From Myxococcota bacterium (GTDB lineage Bacteria > Myxococcota_A > Polyangia > Polyangiales > Houyiibacteriaceae): 64,000 nucleotides of DNA. Every line of letters starts with the position of its first letter. Position 1 is the stretch's first letter. This document shows, piece by piece, positions 8,219 through 15,993 of the stretch. A model generated the notes under the pieces. That model worked only from the letters and a program-made list of their open reading frames with translations, was not told where the DNA came from and did no database searches. The stretch covers positions 1,946 to 65,945 of the forward strand of contig JANQQS010000005.1 of the NCBI GenBank assembly GCA_028284955.1, given 5' to 3'. A program made the translations under genes and the position numbers.

Positions 8219-9190
8219 ATGCAGACTTCCGCAAAACTACCCCCGTTCCGGTCACTGCTAAAATCTACTGAGGTTGAAGATCCCGTCAACCTACTCGTGC
8301 ATCGACCACTCGCGTACGGCTTCGTGCGTTCGATTTTTCGCACGCGGATGACGCCCAACATGGTCACCTTTCTGGCCATGGTGGTCGGGATAGTAGCCGG
8401 TTGCATGTTTCTCTGGGGAACCCGCACTGCGATGATCGTCGGCGGCGCGCTGCTCTGGACCTCGGCGATTCTCGACGGAGCGGACGGACTGCTCGCCCGG
8501 GCCAAGAATATGCACTCGGACTTCGGGCGCGCGCTGGACGGTTCGGCGGACATGGTGGTCGCGATTTGCACGGTGTTTCCAGCGTTTGCGCACCTTTGGA
8601 TCACCCATCGAGACCCTGGTCAGTTGTGGATGATGACGCTTGCCGTCCCGCTTACTTTGGTCCACCTGTGGACCTACGATTTCTACAAGGAAAGTTACCT
8701 TCGAATGACGCGTCTCGACCGCGGTGGCGAAGGTCAGGATTTGGCTGCGGTGTCGCGCATGCTGGACGACGCCCGCCGGCGGGGCGCGATCACCTATTTC
8801 GCGGTGCGATGGGTGCTGATACCGTTTCTCGAAGCCCAGCATACCGTCGTAAAGCACATGGATTCTATGGCGTTGCGTGAGCGACGAACCATCGCGCGAA
8901 ACCCTCGAAGCGCTGCGATTTATCGCAAATACAACCAAGGGCCGATGCGCATCTGGGCGATCGTATCGCTCGCTCCACATAGCTATTTGATGGCGATATG
9001 CGCCATGGCGGACCGCTTGGACGTGTACTTGTGGATTCGTGTGGTGGCCATGAACGTAGTGTACCTGGTGGGCGCGATTTGGCAGCGCCGGGCCACGACG
9101 AAAACAAACGAAGAGCTCGCCGCGTTGGGCGCGATTACGTGGTCTGTGCCTTCCGTGCCTCACCGTGACGTTCTTGCCACGGATGTGTGA
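8219..9190 (+). CDS. CDP-alcohol phosphatidyltransferase family membrane protein
   Basis: DGADGLLARAKNMHSDFGRALDGSADMVV matches DG(x2)AR(x8)G(x3)D(x3)D. Multiple TM helices. ATG at 8219 chosen; an upstream TTG at 8198 is possible. Confidence 0.8.
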   Translation: MQTSAKLPPFRSLLKSTEVEDPVNLLVHRPLAYGFVRSIFRTRMTPNMVTFLAMVVGIVAGCMFLWGTRTAMIVGGALLWTSAILDGADGLLARAKNMHSDFGRALDGSADMVVAICTVFPAFAHLWITHRDPGQLWMMTLAVPLTLVHLWTYDFYKESYLRMTRLDRGGEGQDLAAVSRMLDDARRRGAITYFAVRWVLIPFLEAQHTVVKHMDSMALRERRTIARNPRSAAIYRKYNQGPMRIWAIVSLAPHSYLMAICAMADRLDVYLWIRVVAMNVVYLVGAIWQRRATTKTNEELAALGAITWSVPSVPHRDVLATDV

Positions 9191-9284
9191 GTCTATGTCA
9201 CACAAGTTCCTTCATCAGGGGTGACCGCTCGCTCGCCGTGATTGCGGTTCAGAGGTATCCGTTCACCCAACCCTCCTCTGTTCA

Positions 9285-9345
9285 GGGGGTCTTCCGAGAC
9301 CCCCTCGATTGGTGAACTCGGTCCACCAATCTTCACCCCTACCGT
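9285..9345 (+). repeat. Double-hairpin + TTCACCC-box element (solo copy)
   Basis: HP1 GGGGGTCT-TCCG-AGACCCCC (9285-9304), HP2 ATTGGTG-N9-CACCAAT (9308-9330), box CTTCACCCCTACCGT (9331-9345). A second TTCACCCAA lies at 9262-9270. Same architecture as at 10912, 12618, 36171-36222(-) and 36343-36394(-). Confidence 0.8.
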
Positions 9346-9424
9346 GGTAAGAATCGCTTAGCTCAAGCGGATCGAGCTGCCGCGACTTTGCACAAAAACG
9401 TTCCTAGTGAGGCTCCGGATACGC

Positions 9425-10684
9425 TCAGAGGAGCAAACCGGCGACCGCACCGGTCATGCACGTTGCGAGCGCGCCCCCGATCATGGCGCGAAAGGCAAGG
9501 TCTGCGAGGTCGGTTCGCCGAGACGGGACGATGGCGCCGATCCCGCCGAGCTGAATGCCAATCGACCCGAAGTTTGCGAACCCGCAGAGAGCGTAGGAAG
9601 CAATGGTGACGCTTCTGGGGGCGAGGCTCTCTCCGTTCTCGAGCATCTCGCTCAGATGGACGTAGGATACGAACTCCGTCAGCACGATTTTTTCGCCAAG
9701 CAGCTGAGCAACTTGACTACAGTCCTGGGGGTCGACGCCCATGAGGAAGGCAAGCGGCCACATGACGGTGCCGAGCATCTCCTCGAGCGTCCAAGGCTCG
9801 AGATCGCTGCTTGTGAGGTGGTTGTAGGCTTCGACCGGCCACCCGAGCATGTAGTTGAGGAGCGCGAGCAGCGCGAGGAATGCGAGGAGCATGGCGGCGA
9901 CGTTGAGCGCGAGCGTGAGCCCTTCGGAGGCGCCCCGGGCCGCGGCATCAAGTATATTCCGATCGACCCGTTCCGTGCCCAGACGTGCGCCCTTGGCCGT
10001 TTCGCTATCGGCAAGCTCTGGCAGCATGACTTTGGCGATCACGAGCGCCGCCGGCGCGCTCATCACGCTGGCCGCAATGAGGTGGCCCGCGATGTCGGGG
10101 AAATGGTCCTTAAGCATGCCTACGTAGGCCGCGAGGACGCCTCCCGCGACGGTTGAAAACCCGGCCACCATCACGGCGTTCAACTCCGATCGCGTCATGC
10201 GTTCGAGGTAGGGCTTGATCATCAGCGGCGCTTCGGTTTGTCCGATGAAGACGTTGGCCGCGGCCGACAGTGTTTCTGCTCCGGACGTGCCCAGCGTGCG
10301 CCGCATCACGTAGGCAAGCGCTTCGACCACGCGTTGCATGACGCCGAGGTGGTAGAACACCGTCATGAGCGAGGAGAAAAAGATGATGGTCGGAAGAACG
10401 TGCAGCGCGAGCGTGAACTTATCGTCGAGGTAGTCGCCGAAGATGAAGCGCGAGCCTTCTTTGGTGAAATCGAGCAGGCGTACGGTGACGTCGTTCAGCC
10501 ACGAGAACGTGATTCGGCCAATCGGCGTCTTCAGGACGAAGAGGCCAAACGTAAGCTGTAGGGCGACACCCCAGAGCACGATGTTCCAAGGCGTTTGGCG
10601 TCGATGTCGGGAGAGGAGCCATGCGATGCCTACGAACGCGAAGATGCCGACTAGCGAAATGACGCGGAGGGTAAGGTGGCTCAT
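9425..10684 (-). CDS. nupC: Concentrative nucleoside transporter (NupC/CNT family)
   Basis: 419 aa, polytopic. N-terminus ...GIFAFVGIAWLLSRHRRQTPWNIVLWGVALQLTFGLFVLKT and FANFGSIGIQLGGIGAI near the C-terminus are typical of NupC-family permeases. Confidence 0.85.
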   Translation of the reverse strand: MSHLTLRVISLVGIFAFVGIAWLLSRHRRQTPWNIVLWGVALQLTFGLFVLKTPIGRITFSWLNDVTVRLLDFTKEGSRFIFGDYLDDKFTLALHVLPTIIFFSSLMTVFYHLGVMQRVVEALAYVMRRTLGTSGAETLSAAANVFIGQTEAPLMIKPYLERMTRSELNAVMVAGFSTVAGGVLAAYVGMLKDHFPDIAGHLIAASVMSAPAALVIAKVMLPELADSETAKGARLGTERVDRNILDAAARGASEGLTLALNVAAMLLAFLALLALLNYMLGWPVEAYNHLTSSDLEPWTLEEMLGTVMWPLAFLMGVDPQDCSQVAQLLGEKIVLTEFVSYVHLSEMLENGESLAPRSVTIASYALCGFANFGSIGIQLGGIGAIVPSRRTDLADLAFRAMIGGALATCMTGAVAGLLL

Positions 10685-10814
10685 GCGGTTCGCGAATATA
10701 CTCGTTCGCGCCGAAACTCACATGTCGTAAGGCTGATTGGCTAAGGATTTTGATGTCCGAAGGGGGCATGCTAAACCGCACCGCCCGCGGCGGGAGGCGA
10801 AAACCTCTCCAATC

Positions 10815-10901
10815 GGAGAAGTGGCCGAGTGGTCGAAGGCGGCGGTCTTGAAAACCGCTGAGCCCGCAAGGGTTCCGGGGGTTCGAATCCCTCCTTCTCC
10901 G
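10815..10901 (+). tRNA. tRNA-Ser (anticodon UGA)
   Basis: GGAGAAG acceptor pairs with CTTCTCC. Anticodon loop CTTGAAA, long variable arm, T-loop GTTCGAATC. No encoded CCA. Confidence 0.9.
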
Positions 10902-10911
10902 CTGGTTTTTT

Positions 10912-11203
10912 GAGGGGGTCTTCCGAGACCCCCTCTCGTCGGGGATACGATCCCCGCCGATTCACCCCTACCGTTTGGCTCGCGTTCGCTCGCGTTTGGT
11001 GCTGCCGCGGGCGTTGGGTGGTGGGGTGTTTGGTGGTTGGTGGCCGTCGGGGATGTGATTCCCGCCGATTCACCCTACCGTTTGGCTCGCGTTCGCTCGC
11101 GTTTGGTGCTGCCGCGGGCGTTGTGTGGTGGGGTGTTTGGTGGTTGGTAGTTGGTGGCCGTCGGGGATGTGATTCCCGCCGATTCACCCCTATCGTTTGG
11201 CTC
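10912..11203 (+). repeat. tRNA-linked repeat block: HP1 hairpin followed by ~2.4 tandem units of 108-114 bp
   Basis: HP1 GAGGGGGTCT-TCCG-AGACCCCCTC (10912-10935). Units start at 10937, 11045 and 11159. Each begins CGTCGGGGAT(ACG/GTG)AT(C/T)CCCGCCGATTCACCC(C)TA(C/T)CGTTTGGCTC and ends in a G/T-rich tract GGTGTTTGGTGGTTGGTGG. Confidence 0.9.
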
Positions 11204-11292
11204 TTGGTTGAGGTGTGTTTGCGGGTTTGTTGCGCTCGGCTATAAGGAGCCGCGGACAATCTATCGTTGGCTCTTTTCACGGAGACGCTCCC

Positions 11293-12201
11293 ATGAGCGA
11301 TAAAGTCGAACAAATTCTCGCGAACTATGCCGGGGAAACTCCTGGTGTGATTGGCAATCTTCGTCGCATGCTGAATCACGGTCGGCTGGGCGGGACCGGG
11401 AAGCTGGTGATTCTTCCAGTGGACCAGGGGTTTGAACACGGTCCGGCCCGAACGTTTGCGCCGAATCCTGCCGGATATGATCCGGCGTACCATCCTAAGC
11501 TCGCGGTGGAGTCTAGATGCAGCGCCTATGCCGCTCCGCTCGGGTTTCTCGAGGCGATCGCTCATCGTTACGCAGGCGATTTGCCGCTCGTTCTTAAGGT
11601 CAACAACAGCGATACGCTGGGCGGTTCGGGGGCGCCGTGCTCCGCGCTGACGTCATCGGTGGAAGATGCGCTGCGACTCGGTTGTGCGGCGATTGGGTTT
11701 ACGATTTATCCCGGCAGCGAGCTGCGAAACGAAATGTACAAGCAAATTCGCGATCTGATTCGCGATGCGCGATCGGTCGGGTTGCCGACCATCATCTGGT
11801 CGTACGCGCGCGGCAACTTGAGCAAGGAAGGCGAGACGGGCATCGATGTCATCGCGTACGCCGCACAGATCGCATGTCAGCTCGGAGCGCACATCGTAAA
11901 GGTCAAACCTCCAACCGAGTTTATCGAGCAAGATGCGGCGCGTAAGGCATACGAGAATATCCCCGTGTCCACGCTGACCGACCGCATCCGTCATGTCGTG
12001 CAGTCGTGTTTCAACGGAAAGCGCATCGTGATCTTCTCGGGCGGCGCGTCGAAGGGCACTGAGGCTGTGCTCGACGATATTCGCGCCATCGCCGCAGGAG
12101 GGGGCTTTGGTTCGATCGTCGGCCGCAATGCGTTCCAGCGTTCCCATGCGGATTCGCTGAAGCTGCTTGACGACATCATGGCTATCTACGAGAAGGCCTA
12201 G
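11293..12201 (+). CDS. fbaB: Class I fructose-bisphosphate aldolase (FbaB/DhnA type)
   Basis: RRMLNHGRLGGTGKLVILPVDQGFEHGPARTFAPNPAGYDP and IVKVKPP align by eye with E. coli FbaB ([21 protein letters not shown]...). ATG at 11293. Confidence 0.85.
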   Translation: MSDKVEQILANYAGETPGVIGNLRRMLNHGRLGGTGKLVILPVDQGFEHGPARTFAPNPAGYDPAYHPKLAVESRCSAYAAPLGFLEAIAHRYAGDLPLVLKVNNSDTLGGSGAPCSALTSSVEDALRLGCAAIGFTIYPGSELRNEMYKQIRDLIRDARSVGLPTIIWSYARGNLSKEGETGIDVIAYAAQIACQLGAHIVKVKPPTEFIEQDAARKAYENIPVSTLTDRIRHVVQSCFNGKRIVIFSGGASKGTEAVLDDIRAIAAGGGFGSIVGRNAFQRSHADSLKLLDDIMAIYEKA

Positions 12202-12379
12202 CTCGTTGCGGCTACGCCCTTGACGCTTGCCGACATCGACGGCTAGGTCAAAGGTCCGCAAGAGTTCAACGAACGGAATAGGAGAGAACGCTAAGTTTGG
12301 GGCTGTGTGTCAGGTCGGTTTCGTTTGAGGCAGGCCGAGATGCATCCCATGACGTGCCGAGTTTGATTGAAAGTTAGAG

Positions 12380-12517
12380 GAGCGTCCCATAGAGCAGTGG
12401 AATTTTGGTCTGAGCGCGAGCGCCCCGGCAGCGCAGCCCGGATGACGCACGAATAGTGCTTCGTCCGGGCGAGCAGGGGAGGAAAGCCGTGGTCAGACCA
12501 AAAGGCCGCTGCTCTAG
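12380..12517 (+). ncRNA. Candidate structured RNA, copy 1 (unclassified; ends 1 nt before tRNA-Ser-GCU)
   Basis: Nested helices GAGCAGTGG/CCGCTGCTC and TTTTGGTCTGA/TCAGACCAAAA, plus an apical hairpin. The paralogue at 15994-16129 shows compensatory substitutions, and the mismatches are G.U only when read on the + strand. Conserved TTGATTG at 12363-12369. Confidence 0.5.
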
Positions 12518-12518
12518 A

Positions 12519-12609
<91 letters not shown>

Positions 12610-12617
12610 TGTTTTTT

Positions 12618-12935
12618 GAGGGGGTCTTCCGAGACCCCCTCTCGGCGGGGATACGATCCCCGCCGATTCACCCCTACCGTTTTGCTCGCGTTCGCTCGCG
12701 TTTGGTGCTGGCGCGGGCGTTGTGTGGTTTGGTGTTTGGTGTTTGGTGGCCGTCGGGGATGTGTTCCCGCCGATTCACCCCTACCGTTTTGCTCGCGTTC
12801 GCTCGCGTTTGGTGCTGCCGCGGGCGTCGTGTGGTTTGGTGTTTGGTGTTTGGTGGCCGTCGGGGATGTGTTCCCACCGATTCACCCCTACCGTTTTGCT
12901 CGCGTTCGCTCGCGTTTTGGTGCTGGCGCGGGTTT
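12618..12935 (+). repeat. tRNA-linked repeat block: HP1 hairpin followed by ~2.8 tandem units of ~108 bp
   Basis: HP1 at 12618-12641 is identical to 10912-10935. Units start at 12643, 12751 and 12858, with the same unit architecture as the block behind tRNA-Ser(UGA). Confidence 0.9.
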
Positions 12936-12997
12936 GATGATTCTTTTGGGCGACTGAGGTGAGATTCTTTTGGGTCTTCACTCAAGGCAAGTGCATC

Positions 12998-13025
12998 TTG
13001 ACTCGGTGGTTTGGGAGACTAAGCT
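12998..13025 (+). promoter_or_regulatory. Sigma-70-like promoter for tRNA-Arg / tadA (putative)
   Basis: TTGACT (12998-13003), 16-nt spacer, TAAGCT (13020-13025). The tRNA 5' end lies 14 nt downstream. Confidence 0.35.
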
Positions 13026-13038
13026 CCGCGTTCTTTCT

Positions 13039-13115
13039 GGACCCATGGCTCAACTGGATAGAGCACCGGCCTACGGAGCCGGGGGTTGGAGGTTCGAATC
13101 CTCCTGGGTCCGCCA
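13039..13115 (+). tRNA. tRNA-Arg (anticodon ACG), CCA encoded
   Basis: GGACCCA/TGGGTCC acceptor, anticodon loop CTACGGA, T-loop GTTCGAATC, 3' GCCA. Confidence 0.92.
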
Positions 13116-13175
13116 AGCTCGCAGTCGCCCGAAGCCGTCAACGACCCGCAGCTTCTTCGTAGTCAGAGGGGTAAG

Positions 13176-13634
13176 TTGACAGCCCAGGAGGAAGACGCGC
13201 GGTTCATGCGGGGTGCGCTTGATGAAGCCTGTCGGGCGGCCGCTCGCGGCGAAGTGCCGGTTGGGGCTCTCGCGGTTGTGAACGGCACGATTATCGCTCG
13301 GGCCCACAATCTACGGGAGGTAAGCGGCGATCCCACCAGCCACGCAGAGCTCATCGTGATTCGGAAAGCTGCAGCGCGCCTTCAGTCCTGGCGATTGGAT
13401 GCGGTAACGATCTACGTCACGTTGGAGCCCTGCGCCATGTGCGCTGGCGCGTTGGTGAACAGCCGTGTGCGTCGTGTAGTTTGGGGCTGCGATGATCCGA
13501 AAGCCGGCGCGGTGCGCACGCTATTCAATATCGGAAACGACTCCCGTCTCAATCATCGCTTCGAATGCACATCAGGGGTTTTGGCCGACGAATCGGCGGC
13601 GCTACTCCGGGCGTTTTTCAAGCGGTTGCGCTGA
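13176..13634 (+). CDS. tadA: tRNA-specific adenosine-34 deaminase
   Basis: HAELIVIRKAA and TLEPCAMCAGAL (HAE / PCxxC zinc motifs). FMRGALDEA...GEVPVGA aligns with the E. coli TadA N-terminus. A TTG at 13176 with GAGGGG 6 nt upstream is the proposed start; the ATG at 13206 is the alternative. The ORF-track start at 13086 lies inside the tRNA. Confidence 0.9.
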   Translation: MTAQEEDARFMRGALDEACRAAARGEVPVGALAVVNGTIIARAHNLREVSGDPTSHAELIVIRKAAARLQSWRLDAVTIYVTLEPCAMCAGALVNSRVRRVVWGCDDPKAGAVRTLFNIGNDSRLNHRFECTSGVLADESAALLRAFFKRLR

Positions 13635-13739
13635 TTTCTGGATCGAAACGACTCGTGATTGCCCTCAAATGGGGGTTCTCGGTTTGAACATTTCAGAAAT
13701 TTTTCTTAGGTAAGGGCCTTCGTGAATGCGTGCGGCTGA

Positions 13740-14198
13740 TTAAGCGACGTCGTCGCTATCCGTAGGTGGCGAGAGGCGGCGCAACAAATCGGCGAGCGCC
13801 TCGCACGCGTCCATCGCGGTCAGGATGCCGACAAGCTTGTCGTTGCGGGTGATCAACGCCGAGCCAACGTGACGAGCTACCATCTCCGAGAGCACATAGT
13901 CGAGGCGCTCTTGATGGTCCACGACGAAGGGTGGTCGGGCACATACGTCTCCGACGAATCTCTTATGTTCCACACGATCGCCCTCGGCTGGAGCATCCCG
14001 GTTGAGGTCTCCCGCGAGCGCGATGTCTCGAGCGGAGAGCAAGCCAAACAGCGCGCGCTGACGAATCACCGGAAGATGTCGGATTTGATGCTCCTCCATC
14101 ATTTCGCGGGCGGCGCTGAGCGGAGCGCTGTGTTCGATCGAGTATGGGAACGGAGTCATCACCGTCATCAGCGAAGGAAGAGATTTGACTCGATTCAT
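13740..14198 (-). CDS. CBS domain pair protein
   Basis: Two CBS-like modules: MTPFPYSIEHSAPLSAAREMMEEHQIRHLPV and VARHVGSALITRNDKLVGILTAMD. Confidence 0.8.
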   Translation of the reverse strand: MNRVKSLPSLMTVMTPFPYSIEHSAPLSAAREMMEEHQIRHLPVIRQRALFGLLSARDIALAGDLNRDAPAEGDRVEHKRFVGDVCARPPFVVDHQERLDYVLSEMVARHVGSALITRNDKLVGILTAMDACEALADLLRRLSPPTDSDDVA

Positions 14199-14245
14199 AC
14201 GCGTTTGCCGGATGCGTCGGGTGGTCAGGGTGCGAACAGAAAGCG

Positions 14246-14731
14246 CTAGGCTGTAAGCGCAGCTTCGATTTCGTCTTCCACGCGTTGTTCTTTGCAGCTC
14301 CGCGCGAGGGCTAGTTCAGTTACGAGTAGACCTCGAGCTTGCTCGAGGAGCCTCCGCTCGCCGAAGCTAAGTTCTTTGTCGCCTTTCAGGCGATGCAAGT
14401 CCCGCAGTACTTTCGCTACCTCAAACAGCGAACCGCTGTTGAGCATTTCCATATACTCGCGATAGCGCCGATTCCACGGCTGCGACGTCACCGCAACCTC
14501 GTCCAGCTCAAGAATTTCGAGAACCTTCTTAGCCTCGTTCTTTGAGATCAATGAACGAAGTCCCAGCCGCTTCACGCCATCCACGGGCACCATGACCGTC
14601 ATTTGGCTGTCGAGGATCTTCAAGATGTAAAAACGCTTTGCTTTTCCCGCGATGTCTCGGTTTTCGATGCTGGTGATTTCTCCCACGCCATGCGCGGGAT
14701 GTACGGCTTTGTCTCCGATACTGAAGTTCAT
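14246..14731 (-). CDS. cdnL: CarD/CdnL-family RNA-polymerase-binding transcription factor
   Basis: MNFSIGDKAVHPAHGVGEITSIE...FYILKILDSQMTVMVPV...WNRRYREYMEMLNSGSLFEVAKVLRDL is the canonical CarD_CdnL_TRCF N-terminal domain plus helical C-domain. Confidence 0.9.
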   Translation of the reverse strand: MNFSIGDKAVHPAHGVGEITSIENRDIAGKAKRFYILKILDSQMTVMVPVDGVKRLGLRSLISKNEAKKVLEILELDEVAVTSQPWNRRYREYMEMLNSGSLFEVAKVLRDLHRLKGDKELSFGERRLLEQARGLLVTELALARSCKEQRVEDEIEAALTA

Positions 14732-14899
14732 TGCGCGGCAACCTTCATGTTCGGGGAATAAAGCGGGAAGCTGATTTTTGGAGCCCCGGTGATGTGCTTA
14801 GCCACGTTTACAGTGTACCAGTGACGGCGCGCTGCGTCAATCGCCTTGGCGGTGTAATTGTTGTGCGATTTCAAGTGGTTATCTTGGAGATCGAGCGCT

Positions 14900-15913
14900 T
14901 CAGGAAGGCTCGAGAAGTGTCTCGATTTCCTTGGCAAAAAGCGCACGAACGGCGCCCACGAGAACATCTAGATCGAGCGACAGTCGAACTTCGATAGCGT
15001 TCGGCTTCCTATCGATAGACAACGTCTTGAGGTGTTTGTTCATTCCCAGGAACTGCCCGAGGTCGCTCGTACCGATGCTATGGGCGAGTTCTCGAAAATT
15101 TTCGGTGGCGCCTCGCGGAAACTCGCCGATGACTGTGATCTTTAGCTGTATTTCTCGGTCGTAGATGCGGGCAGACGCGATGACCGCCTTGTGGCGCGCC
15201 ATGAGCATGGACGTCTCAAAGCCGTCTGGGAACGGTATAGGGATGGGACGAAATACCCAGAGCACCGCTTCTCGATGGGCCTCGAGCCACGAGCGCGCGG
15301 CGAATGCACTCTTCGTGCTTGCTCGGAGCTTCGATGTTCCAGTACTCCGAAACAAATGGGGCTGGGCTCGTGACAAAAGACTCGAGAGCTCCGCCTCGCC
15401 TCCAAGGGCGCCGAGCGCGACGGTCACGTCGTCGAGCGCTGCCCCGTTGTAGTATTGCGTCCCCAAAAAGCCAGCGCGTCGAGCTGTCGGAGTGTCGCTG
15501 TTCTCACGAACGTGATGCATGCGATGACCCATGTCGCGAACAACCTGACGAGCATCGATATCGCCTCGCGCGATGACCAGCGGTCGGTTCGAATAGGTTG
15601 CGATGAGTAGCTCATGGATACGCTCCATCCGAATCCCAAAACGCTGCTCCAGTCGCTCCGACCACCCGTCGGCCAGAATCTCCCGACCCAATGCACGACC
15701 CCACTCGCTATGAAGAATTCGTTGTGGCGCCATCCCCACGAGCAGCTCAGCCCCTTCAGGAACGACTCGAGTCAGCGTTCCAACGCGACGAAGACGCGGA
15801 GGCTCCGGAGCGACAGCCGACGACCCACCACAGGCAGCCACCATCAACATCCCCGGCACCAACAACTCACGCACCTCGACCCCAAACCTGCTCAGTCGAA
15901 ATAGCCACTGCAT
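14900..15913 (-). CDS. Hypothetical lipoprotein
   Basis: 337-aa ORF with lipobox LMVAACGG. No recognisable domain. Confidence 0.55.
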   Translation of the reverse strand: MQWLFRLSRFGVEVRELLVPGMLMVAACGGSSAVAPEPPRLRRVGTLTRVVPEGAELLVGMAPQRILHSEWGRALGREILADGWSERLEQRFGIRMERIHELLIATYSNRPLVIARGDIDARQVVRDMGHRMHHVRENSDTPTARRAGFLGTQYYNGAALDDVTVALGALGGEAELSSLLSRAQPHLFRSTGTSKLRASTKSAFAARSWLEAHREAVLWVFRPIPIPFPDGFETSMLMARHKAVIASARIYDREIQLKITVIGEFPRGATENFRELAHSIGTSDLGQFLGMNKHLKTLSIDRKPNAIEVRLSLDLDVLVGAVRALFAKEIETLLEPS

Positions 15914-15993
15914 TCGATTACGGATTGTTAGCTGATGAAATAGCCAAGCAGCGTGTCACAAAATAGCAGAATTGCGGTTGATTGTAGGTCAAT

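Noticed and set aside
10912-10935. Calling the GAGGGGGTCT-TCCG-AGACCCCCTC hairpins canonical Rho-independent terminators.
   Set aside because: No U-tract follows the stem in the orientation of the upstream gene; a T-run precedes it at the tRNA loci. They may still end or stabilise transcripts, so I kept them as repeat elements rather than annotated terminators.
10771-11565. ORFs running through the tRNA-linked repeat arrays: 10771-11565(-), 10910-11245(+), 12291-12671(-), 12616-12957(+), 12674-12985(-), 12702-12962(+).
   Set aside because: They traverse tRNA genes, hairpins and tandem units. Their periodic Pro/Thr/His- or Arg/Trp/Cys-rich translations merely mirror the DNA repeat. Similarity between the two loci is explained by near-identical DNA, not by protein-level selection.
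12380-12517. Identifying the structured element as RNase P RNA, SRP (4.5S) RNA, 6S RNA, a retron msr/msd or a riboswitch.
   Set aside because: - It is too short for RNase P or 6S. Only GGGGAGGAAAGCC resembles the P4 strand.
- The apical region that is invariant in SRP RNA (GGAA tetraloop, AGCA/GGUCA loops) is the least conserved part here, and two SRP genes would be unexpected.
- No reverse transcriptase gene is adjacent, which rules against a retron.
- No riboswitch core I know matches, and copy 2 precedes no gene.
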